Shown piece after piece: positions 27,545-34,954 of a stretch of 34,954 bases of DNA. A program made the translations under genes and the position numbers. Position 1 is the first letter of the stretch. Each line of letters starts with the position of its first letter. Location of the stretch: IMG/VR virus record IMGVR_UViG_3300028585_000512, positions 1-34,954 of that record. One strand, 5' to 3'. Source of the DNA: a virus. Lineage: Duplodnaviria > Caudoviricetes. The notes under the pieces are model-generated. The model saw only the letters and a list, made by a program, of their open reading frames with translations. It ran no database searches and had not been told where the DNA came from.

Positions 27545-27575
27545 TTACACTAATGTTCTGTATTATACAATTAGC
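27544..27575 (+). repeat. 32-bp direct repeat, copy 2
   Basis: ATTACACTAATGTTCTGTATTATACAATTAGC, starting at the last base of the polymerase stop codon. Confidence 0.9.
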
Positions 27576-27639
27576 ATTGGTAATAGCTTGACTAATCGAT
27601 GATTGTATCATACAAAAGCTATTAAACAAGCCTATTCAA

Positions 27640-27876
27640 ATGAAAACAACCAACACACTCGCTCATATGCTGGTCAACGCTCAAAAGTGCTTAGTAGCCG
27701 TGCACAGCCATCCGGTAGCCAATAAGGAACGGGCTGATTTCCAGTTGGAGGCTGCTTACCATGTGGTGCATACGCTGGTTGAACAACTGCCCACCGAAGA
27801 ACCCTATGGGTTTGTACTCAATGGCGAGTTTCATGATATGAGCGAAGACGATGACGACCACTATCTGGGGATTTAA
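27640..27876 (+). CDS. Hypothetical protein
   Basis: 78-aa ORF with an A-rich Bacteroidota-type initiation region and acidic C-terminus. Confidence 0.6.
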   Translation: MKTTNTLAHMLVNAQKCLVAVHSHPVANKERADFQLEAAYHVVHTLVEQLPTEEPYGFVLNGEFHDMSEDDDDHYLGI

Positions 27877-27889
27877 ACCCTAAACCAAC

Positions 27890-28189
27890 ATGATGAAAGA
27901 CCCACGCCTAGAACAGTTTGAAAGCTTTGATGATGCTGATAACTGGGCAGCCAACCTGCCGATACCACCGTGCCCCGAGCCCAAGCCAGAACCCAAAGAA
28001 GAGAAAATCGACCCACGAGTGAAGCGCATGACGCAGGAGCAGTTCGACCTCTACGAGAAGGTCAAGCACATCCCCGAGAAGCGCGTTAGGATGCTGTTGC
28101 GGCCAGCGGAGACCTTGGCCGCATACAAAGCCTATCTGGCCCAAAAGGCCCAAAAAGAAATAGGCTCACTGGATGAAACGGCCGCTTAG
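27890..28189 (+). CDS. Hypothetical protein
   Basis: 99-aa ORF with PEPKPEPK linker and good codon bias. Confidence 0.65.
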   Translation: MMKDPRLEQFESFDDADNWAANLPIPPCPEPKPEPKEEKIDPRVKRMTQEQFDLYEKVKHIPEKRVRMLLRPAETLAAYKAYLAQKAQKEIGSLDETAA

Positions 28190-28402
28190 CACCCCACTTG
28201 ACCAAAAGACCCAGAAAACGGTTTGCTTTCAAACCACAACGCAACAAGTATTTGAAATAGTGGCAGTTAATTGTAGACAAGCCTGGTTTAACACGCTATA
28301 ATTGCATCACCAATCAATTACTCAGCCTGCCTAACCAGCAGGCTGAGTAATCGGGAGGCTAACCTAAAAGAATAGGCCTTACGAGTCCTAGCCCTCAGTA
28401 TC

Positions 28403-29515
28403 ATGTCAAGTTCAAACTACGGCCACAATCATTATTTCTTCAAAGGCAAACAAATGACCTTAAGAAAAATAGTTGGCTTAATTCACCCTAACGCCACTGA
28501 AACGGATGCGGGTAAATATTATACCCGGTATTTCCAGCGTATGGCCCGCGGCCTTTCATTAGATGAGGCGTTTGCCTTAGGCACTGGGCCGCTTCAGTCG
28601 CGCCCGCGGCTTGCTAAAAAAGAGGCAACGCCTCCCACCCAGCCATTAGTACCTACCTTACCCGTGGCACCAGAACCAGTTGAGGAAATTGAAATCCCAG
28701 AGGTAGAAGAAGTGCTTGAAGCAGAGCAGGAGCAATCCGAATACGAGCGAGCCCTGGCCTACGCTAGCACCGTGCAAGTTTGCTTCCGTAAGTACCAAGG
28801 CGCGTCGTTGGCGGGTGTGCTAGAAACGGAGCCGTCTTACATCGAATGGATGCGCCGTAAGCTCATTGACAATGCAGACGAGAAGGGTCTGAAAACGCTA
28901 TACGGCATCAATAAGCTGTACAACGATTACCCCACCGTGCAGGCCTACATTGAGCGGGCTACGGAAGAGTATTTAACCAAACTAAACGCTAGCTGTACGG
29001 TACCAGCATCCACCACCTTAGGAGACAATAAAAAGCTGCAAGGCTTATTAATAATTGACAACTCGCAATTGTCGGCAACCACTGTCAAAGAGGCAACTGA
29101 GCTTGAATCGCCTACCCTAAATTTGGACGGTTACTCATTCCAGGAGTTGGAAGAAATGCAGGCTTTGCTAGCTGAGGAAAAGGAAGCACTGCGGGAAGAG
29201 CAGTCGGCGCTAGACAAGCGCCGGCCAGTCATCACCAAACGGCTGTTATCGGTGCACCAAGAAGCACAGCAAATAGAGGAAAAGTTGGCGGCGCTACGCC
29301 CTAAAGCTCCTGCCGTATCCGACCACGCTCTTGTTCGGTATCTCGAACGCGTTATGGGCATGGACGTGGACAAACTACGCGATGCCGTTGTGGGTGGCGA
29401 AAACTGCAAATGGTTGTTCGACTACCAGACCCATGGTGCTGGTCGGTACGTGGTCGGCGATACGCACCGGGTTTGCATTCAGAATAACACGGTTGTTACG
29501 GTGATACCTCGCTAA
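28403..29515 (+). CDS. Multidomain protein: HTH-like + F(R/G)KYxG domain + coiled coil + SDHAxxRYxER C-terminal domain
   Basis: YFFKGKQMTL...RGLSLDEA; FRKYQG.SL..V....PSYIEW; heptad coiled coil; VSDHALVRYLERV...VVTVI. Confidence 0.65.
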   Translation: MSSSNYGHNHYFFKGKQMTLRKIVGLIHPNATETDAGKYYTRYFQRMARGLSLDEAFALGTGPLQSRPRLAKKEATPPTQPLVPTLPVAPEPVEEIEIPEVEEVLEAEQEQSEYERALAYASTVQVCFRKYQGASLAGVLETEPSYIEWMRRKLIDNADEKGLKTLYGINKLYNDYPTVQAYIERATEEYLTKLNASCTVPASTTLGDNKKLQGLLIIDNSQLSATTVKEATELESPTLNLDGYSFQELEEMQALLAEEKEALREEQSALDKRRPVITKRLLSVHQEAQQIEEKLAALRPKAPAVSDHALVRYLERVMGMDVDKLRDAVVGGENCKWLFDYQTHGAGRYVVGDTHRVCIQNNTVVTVIPR

Positions 29516-29532
29516 GTACACGTTGAAACAAA

Positions 29533-29561
29533 AAAAGCCACACGCAAAACGTGTGGCTTTT
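29533..29561. terminator. Rho-independent terminator (bidirectional)
   Basis: AAAAGCCACACG/CGTGTGGCTTTT. Confidence 0.85.
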
Positions 29562-30132
29562 CGAATGTAATCCAATGTCCTTGTTACTAATTATACCGCA
29601 CCCCTGCGCGAAAGTCCTGGCAAGCACCTCACCGAATACAGCGTGGCAGACCACCTCAAGGCTCCCCTACCCGCCCATGCCTAATGTAGCCGTGGCCGAC
29701 GGCATACTTCATGGCGTAACGACCACACAGGCCTTTTACAATGGCCAACTGCGTCTTACAGCAACCTGGTATTGGCGCACATAATCTAAAGTTGTTGATT
29801 ACGGGCGGTGACTTTATCAAAGTTGACCGGCTCAAGGCGAATTTTACTACTGATTCACTGAGCTTTATGCCCCATGCTCACGTGGGCAACTCGTACTAAT
29901 CTGGCTAGCTTTCCGCACTATTCACTAAGGGGATATACGCAAAAAAAACGTATAGCTCAAACTCGTATCAGCCTCATTACTACGAAAAACGGCCAGGGGG
30001 CCTCATTTTCAGGCTATGTCGAGAAATTCTAAAGTTTTCATTTGGAAGAACAAAACATGGGAACGTATTTGCCGAGGCAATTCATGCAGGGGAAACGTCC
30101 CCTCTCCCCCTAATCGAGGGGCAACGCTTGAC

Positions 30133-30237
30133 ATGAGTGCAAAAAAAGAGGGGGGCCAGCATCCGTTTGAACGCTGGCTCCCCCTGCTGAATTTGGTGGT
30201 TAATTTGGTCCGTATCTTCCACGACTGGTCCAAGTAA
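30133..30237 (+). CDS. Small amphipathic/hydrophobic peptide (type I toxin-like candidate)
   Basis: MSAKKEGGQHPFERWLPLLNLVVNLVRIFHDWSK, preceded by a hairpin and followed by a terminator. Confidence 0.45.
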   Translation: MSAKKEGGQHPFERWLPLLNLVVNLVRIFHDWSK

Positions 30238-30256
30238 ATCACCCATTGTTCCACCT

Positions 30257-30288
30257 GAGTCCCCCGCCTTGCAGGGCGGGGGCTCTTT
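30257..30288 (+). terminator. Rho-independent terminator
   Basis: GAG.CCCCCGCC/GGCGGGGGCTCTTT. Confidence 0.7.
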
Positions 30289-30645
30289 ATGTGAAGTGGG
30301 CGAAAGGTAGAAGGCAGATAGCAGAAACTACGCAAATTCTGGGTACAATTAAGATTATTCGTGGTAAAGTAATATTAATTCGGCAGCCCGAATGTGTTAA
30401 GACGCCAATAGGCTCTTAGACCCATTTGCGGGCAGCGGCAGCATCCTCCATATAGCAGGGAGTAACCTGCGGTGAGGTGCTACCAGCTCAGCACGCAAGC
30501 CCATATCAGCTTTTGCTGATGGTTTAAGAAGTGCTAGGTCAGAAAATATTTTGGCTTTAATACCGCTCAGGGCAGGACTAATTTGCACTGCGACAGTATA
30601 CTACCTGAAGCTGATGTTTTCAAGCCGTTGGTTCGTTTCATAAGG

Positions 30646-30686
30646 AAGCCCCTCACACTCGTTAGCGGAGTGTGAGGGGCTTTTTT
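30646..30686. terminator. Terminator hairpin downstream of ardA
   Basis: AAGCCCCTCACACTC/GAGTGTGAGGGGCTTTTTT; the T-tract is on the + strand. Confidence 0.75.
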
Positions 30687-30701
30687 GTGAAACAGCCTGA
30701 G

Positions 30702-31283
30702 CTAGCTTCGGAACACGAAGCCGTCGTCGCACCACACGTCACCTGAGAGCATGATGTCGCGGCCCATCGACTTGAAATCTATGTAATTGACAACGCTCTT
30801 GGGTATCTCGTCCTTGCTGTGGCATTCCCAGAAAGTGGTTTCAGCGTAGTCTTCCATCACCTTTTCGTCGTCATGGTGGTAGCCCTCGCCATAGCGGCCC
30901 AAGTATCGGCCTTCGAATTGGTTAGCGTCGTCGCCATTGTTAATGAACAACTCGTAGGCTTCACGCCGCTCATCATCCATCTCAGCCACGGCTTCAATCC
31001 AAGCATAAACGACGTTGAAATCCATCGACTCGGAGTAGAGGCGTTCGGGGAAGTTCTCGTAATCATGCGCCGCCCATTCCTCGCGCTGTTGGCCGAAGGG
31101 CAACGGGTAAAGCTTATCGTAAGTCTTGAGCATGGCCTGCACATCGGCCAGTAGCTCAGCGGCATCATCGTAGTCGCAAAACGCAAACCAACGGCCCAGC
31201 AAGTCGCCGTTATTGTAGTCACTCAGCGAGGCCACGTACACGCGCGGGGTCGTATCTTCGGGTAATTCTTCTTGGCTTTTCAC
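30702..31283 (-). CDS. ardA: Antirestriction protein ArdA
   Basis: RVYVASLSDYNNG.L.GRW, EEWAAHDYE, YIDFKSMGRD; highly acidic DNA mimic. Confidence 0.92.
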   Translation of the reverse strand: MKSQEELPEDTTPRVYVASLSDYNNGDLLGRWFAFCDYDDAAELLADVQAMLKTYDKLYPLPFGQQREEWAAHDYENFPERLYSESMDFNVVYAWIEAVAEMDDERREAYELFINNGDDANQFEGRYLGRYGEGYHHDDEKVMEDYAETTFWECHSKDEIPKSVVNYIDFKSMGRDIMLSGDVWCDDGFVFRS

Positions 31284-31340
31284 GGGTTGGGATGGGTTGT
31301 TTAGAGGCCACTAGCTTTGCAGAGCCGGTGGCCTCATTTA

Positions 31341-31697
31341 TTATTCGCAAAGAGTCAGCGTGACCACAGTGCCCAGTAACTGGTCGTGGTCGGCCTCAGG
31401 GTCGAGTTGTACGCCGGTCAGGCGCGTGAACTCGGCCATTGCTAGGGTATTGATTTTGCCCTCAGCGTCGAACACCGAGTAGATGCCGTAGCCGTGGCCG
31501 CAGGCCAGCACGTCTACCAGCGTGGGGCAACACTTGAGCAACTCGGCTATCCGATGGAGTTTGGGCGTGATGGTGCCGCCGGTCACTACGGCGGCGAACT
31601 GGGGCGAGCATGCCTTCATGGGCTGCTTGCCGGGAACGAACAAGGTGATTCTCACGGGTTGGGCACTGAGAGAGCCCTTGGCAGTTGCAGCTACCAA
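31341..31697 (-). CDS. Hypothetical protein
   Basis: ORF co-oriented between the RHH-like gene and ardA; start uncertain. Confidence 0.55.
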   Translation of the reverse strand: MVAATAKGSLSAQPVRITLFVPGKQPMKACSPQFAAVVTGGTITPKLHRIAELLKCCPTLVDVLACGHGYGIYSVFDAEGKINTLAMAEFTRLTGVQLDPEADHDQLLGTVVTLTLCE

Positions 31698-31713
31698 GGG
31701 CTCCGGTTGCAGA

Positions 31714-32130
31714 TTAAGCTTCGTTCTCAGGCTGTTCCAATTTGGCCTTCAATGCCTCGAAGGCTTTCAAATCCTTGGCACGCTGCTTCTCGCTGGCGCC
31801 AGCAACCAGCTTCTTCAGGAAAGCCTCCATATTCCCGGCCTCAGCCAAGCAATCGAGCGCGGCAGCCAGAATGGTCTGGTTGCTCACGTTCAGCTTACGC
31901 GTTTCCTTGATGTTGTTCTTGAAGGCATTGAGGCGTTCCAAGTCGGCTTTGTCGATGGCAGTTTGCGAGTAGCCGCGCTCACGTTTCTTCGCTTCCTCGG
32001 TGCTGGCAACTTCAGCGGCTTCTTCAGTAGTAACCTCGCTGGTGACTTCTACCACTTGTTCGATTGTAGGTTCGGCAGCTGCTGCTTCAATGGCAGCTGC
32101 GGGCTGGTTCTTCTTGGCTTTGGTGGCCAT
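31714..32130 (-). CDS. Putative RHH-like regulator with acidic low-complexity N-terminus
   Basis: Core YSQTAIDKADL...QTILAAALDCL aligns without gaps to 22513-22773. Confidence 0.6.
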   Translation of the reverse strand: MATKAKKNQPAAAIEAAAAEPTIEQVVEVTSEVTTEEAAEVASTEEAKKRERGYSQTAIDKADLERLNAFKNNIKETRKLNVSNQTILAAALDCLAEAGNMEAFLKKLVAGASEKQRAKDLKAFEALKAKLEQPENEA

Positions 32131-32453
32131 ATTAGTTGGTGTCAGCAGGGATGATTTTGCTTGCTTGACGATGTAAAGGTGCGCGGCATTCGCGGCACCA
32201 CTACTATTATTGATGGTATTTTACTAAAAATTTTAGCGTAAGATTGCGACCTTTTTTGCGGCCTCATTAAGACTCAAATAAGAAGACCGGACTGCTGAGC
32301 AAGCGTACTAGCTTAACCGCCTAGCTGGCCTCGATACGAGTCAGTTATAGCGTGCCGGTGGGCCTGCGCCGCCATGGTGGCAGCGGCCCTTGCCTAGGGT
32401 ATCAAATTATTCCTTGCTTTGCACCTTACTTTCGTCTCATCAATAGTGGCAGT

Positions 32454-33461
32454 ATGACTAGACACCTTAAACTAAAGACTATAACACGTCTCATAGCAAC
32501 AGCCAAAGGATTAGCTGACCGCACGGCAGGCGATGCTGATTTTATTGCTTGGCGAGAAGCCACTAGGTTAGCCTTATCTAAAATTTATGGCACCGACTCT
32601 TTACAGTATGATGCCTTTGCCAAAAAAGCATTTACCGTTACTGGGTTAATGCGCAACGCACACGAGGCTGATAAAGCACGCCGACGCCTTGCCGTATACA
32701 ACCGCGACTTAGAAGTTTCTATAAAGGCGCTAGAAGAGTATTTGGAAGAAGTCAAAGAAGAAGACCCATTCGAATCCATGGGTATGACACTTGTTGAAGA
32801 AAGCCCCGAAGCAGTCCCTATGCCCCAAACATTTAAAAAAGTATTTATCAGCCACGCCAGTGCTAATAAAAACATTGTAGGCGAGTTGATTGAAATACTG
32901 AAGCAGGTCGGCCTGCGGCACGGGCAGATATTCTGCACGTCGTTCCCGGAGTACAGCATACCGCTTGGAGTGAATTACCTCGACTGGTTGAAGAAAGAAC
33001 TCACCGAGAACTCGCTGGTGATTTTCGTGCTCAGCCACGAGTTTTACACAAGCCCGGTCTGTTTATCCGAGATGGGTGCCACCTGGGCGCTATCGAAGGA
33101 GCACGTACCCATCTTCGTGCCGCCGTTCACTTACGATGAGAGCAAAGGCCCCTTCCCGCTATCGCAGGGTATGATTGTGACTGAGAAGTTTAAATACAAC
33201 GAACTGGCCAACATGGTCGAGCGGCTGTTTGAGCTGCCGGCCCGTGGGGGTGATTGGGAGCGTAGCCGTGATACTATCATCACTCGCATTGAGGGCTGTG
33301 TTCACACTGGAATCGAAGCTAAAAGGGCAAAAGAACAAGCTGATGCAGAAGAGCGAGCTAGACCTTTTAAGGAGTTAAGCGAGATGATGCGAAAAAATGA
33401 AGCAAAACTGGCTTCGCAGGGTAGAACTCAGCAGCCAGGCATTCAACCATCGCGCCATTAA
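32454..33461 (+). CDS. TIR-domain protein (putative anti-phage cargo)
   Basis: KKVFISHAS, IFCTS, VIFVLS..FY.SPVCLSEMGA (catalytic-type Glu); helical N-terminal domain. Likely start 32454, after a TACTTTCG -7-like element. Confidence 0.85.
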   Translation: MTRHLKLKTITRLIATAKGLADRTAGDADFIAWREATRLALSKIYGTDSLQYDAFAKKAFTVTGLMRNAHEADKARRRLAVYNRDLEVSIKALEEYLEEVKEEDPFESMGMTLVEESPEAVPMPQTFKKVFISHASANKNIVGELIEILKQVGLRHGQIFCTSFPEYSIPLGVNYLDWLKKELTENSLVIFVLSHEFYTSPVCLSEMGATWALSKEHVPIFVPPFTYDESKGPFPLSQGMIVTEKFKYNELANMVERLFELPARGGDWERSRDTIITRIEGCVHTGIEAKRAKEQADAEERARPFKELSEMMRKNEAKLASQGRTQQPGIQPSRH

Positions 33462-33604
33462 GTATCTAATAATGGTGAGCAATACTTTTTTTTTAAACGA
33501 GCTCAAATGGGTTCCTACATGAAGACATGACTGCTGAAGAAGCTAATAGCTACCCTAGCAGTCAGGCCTCACCTAGCGAGCCAAAAGACTAGTAGAATCG
33601 CAAA

Positions 33605-34954
33605 TCAGCTACCGAATGCTTTGCCCATCTCCCCTGCTGCATTGCGGTTCACATCCGCGTACTGTAGCAGTTGCTCTAAGTTAGCGTGGCCTACCCAGCC
33701 CCTAAGCACCGCTACTGACACTCCTGATTCCAACGCGATATTGATGAAAGTCCGCCGGGCCGTGTGGGTAGTGACCAACTGCCACTTCTGCACCACCTCG
33801 GCCCGGCGCTCGGCACCCGACCACCGCACCCGTTCAACTACCTCGCGCATCGACGGCAACAGCTGTAGTAAAGTCTTAAGGTGCTCGTTGTACTTCTGAA
33901 TGGACACCTTCTTGATGCGCCGCTGGTACTTCTCCAGAATCGCCGCCGATAGTGGGTTAAGCGGAATCGTTACCCCCTCCCCTGTCTTCTGCGTCTCGAT
34001 GTGCACATGGTTATTGCGCACATGCGACGGGCCAAGGCGAACCAGGTCAGAGTAGCGCAGGCCGGTTGAGCAACCCAGCACGAATAAGTCGCGCACGTAT
34101 CCCACGCCAGGCATCCCTTCTATCTCCATTGACCATAGCGTATGCAGTTCCTCCTTTGATAAGGCTATCACGGTACGGGCGGTCACTTTCTTCTTATCGG
34201 AGAGGATGAATTTCTTGTACTTAATGTGCGGCATCAGGCCGTCATCGTCAAGTTGATTCAGCACTCGTTTCAGACTTTTGACTGCCTTACCGACCGAAGC
34301 ATTGAGGTAGTTCTTCTGCCCTATCAGGTAGGCCTGGAATCGCGTGAGGAGTGCCTTGTCAAAGTCCACTAGCAGTAGCACCCGCTTTTCGTGAGCCTGA
34401 AAAGCTTCGACATTAGCGTACAGCCCGTAAAAGGTCTTCATCGTGTTGTAAGCAAACACACCTCCGGTGGGAGGAATAGTAGCTGTGCGGTCTTCTCTTC
34501 GCAGTTTCTTATTCCGCGCCCTGATTTGCGCGTAGCTATACCCGCCGTTCTTACTCTGAATGAATTGGTCAAGGTAGTATAGGAAAGAGCACTCAATAGT
34601 AGCAGGCATTGCCGTAGGTGGCGTCACTGGTTCTGCCACTAAATCAATCGCTTGTTGCTTACGCACCTTATAGGCTTCCCGTACCAACGATACGGTTGGG
34701 TCAGTACCCTGTTTGCTGAGGCCCTCAGCAATGGCTTGCAACTCGGACGAGATGCGAGCAATAGCCGCATTAATCGTGGCTGCGTCGGGACAAGCTGCTT
34801 TGGCTTGGCCTGTACCTTCATTCCAGAGGTTCGGTTCTAGAAAGCACCCCGTGGTTACCCCAAACCACTCCCGACGATGGCTGTATTTTACCCCCACAGG
34901 CTGCGAGGTTTTCTTCACGTTGGCGATGCGTAAATACGCACTAGTCGTTGCCAT
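33605..34954 (-). CDS. int: Tyrosine recombinase / phage integrase (Bacteroidota type)
   Basis: Arm-binding N-terminus (TG......W), SAM-like core and catalytic residues TGLRYSD, QKTG, HTARRT, GH and Y. Confidence 0.95.
   Translation of the reverse strand: MATTSAYLRIANVKKTSQPVGVKYSHRREWFGVTTGCFLEPNLWNEGTGQAKAACPDAATINAAIARISSELQAIAEGLSKQGTDPTVSLVREAYKVRKQQAIDLVAEPVTPPTAMPATIECSFLYYLDQFIQSKNGGYSYAQIRARNKKLRREDRTATIPPTGGVFAYNTMKTFYGLYANVEAFQAHEKRVLLLVDFDKALLTRFQAYLIGQKNYLNASVGKAVKSLKRVLNQLDDDGLMPHIKYKKFILSDKKKVTARTVIALSKEELHTLWSMEIEGMPGVGYVRDLFVLGCSTGLRYSDLVRLGPSHVRNNHVHIETQKTGEGVTIPLNPLSAAILEKYQRRIKKVSIQKYNEHLKTLLQLLPSMREVVERVRWSGAERRAEVVQKWQLVTTHTARRTFINIALESGVSVAVLRGWVGHANLEQLLQYADVNRNAAGEMGKAFGS

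Larger units (their letters stand above)
1..34954. mobile_element. Temperate siphovirus-like prophage (HK97-type head, long non-contractile tail), probable Bacteroidota host
   Basis: Canonical gene order terminase-portal-protease-capsid-connectors-tail-tape measure-lysis, followed by early genes and a tyrosine integrase. att sites were not seen. Confidence 0.95.

Noticed and set aside
25685-27575. CRISPR mini-array formed by the 32-bp repeats
   Set aside because: Only two copies, 1.86 kb apart with genes between them; no spacer-sized gap and no cas genes.
29551-29784. 77-aa ORF after the terminator
   Set aside because: Starts inside the terminator and has no motif or convincing coding signal.
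31494-32154. Plus-strand ORFs 31494-31910 and 31522-32154
   Set aside because: Shadows of the minus-strand operon, whose products are more protein-like and include a paralogue.
33462-33604. att site or tRNA near the integrase
   Set aside because: No tRNA-like sequence and no matching direct repeat elsewhere in the window were seen; att sites probably lie outside it.

Overview
The window is a temperate siphovirus-type prophage, largely or fully covered, running from a putative terminase small subunit (pos. 1) to a tyrosine integrase (pos. 34954). The host is probably a high-GC Bacteroidota (Hymenobacter-like), inferred from SprB-like repeats, a DUF5675-type lysin, the integrase type and the lack of Shine-Dalgarno sites. 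Positions 1-21.5 kb hold an HK97-type head module, a lambda-like tail with a clear -1 frameshift in the tail chaperone, two large adhesin-rich tail proteins and a lysis cassette. Positions 21.5-35 kb hold the early/accessory region: two HNH proteins, three ribbon-helix-helix (RHH)-like regulators, ArdA, a TIR-domain protein and the integrase. No cI/Cro, helicase or sigma factor is recognisable. The most interesting signal is a possible self-contained transcription system. A compact 518-aa PolA/T7-RNAP-superfamily polymerase with RNA-polymerase-type motifs (DxxGR, DFSNSQ, RxxxK, HDSF) is bracketed by 32-bp direct repeats. A conserved octamer, YATAMATA, lies 22-60 nt upstream of eight late genes, usually just after an intrinsic terminator. 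All family calls come from motif recognition by eye; no searches were run.
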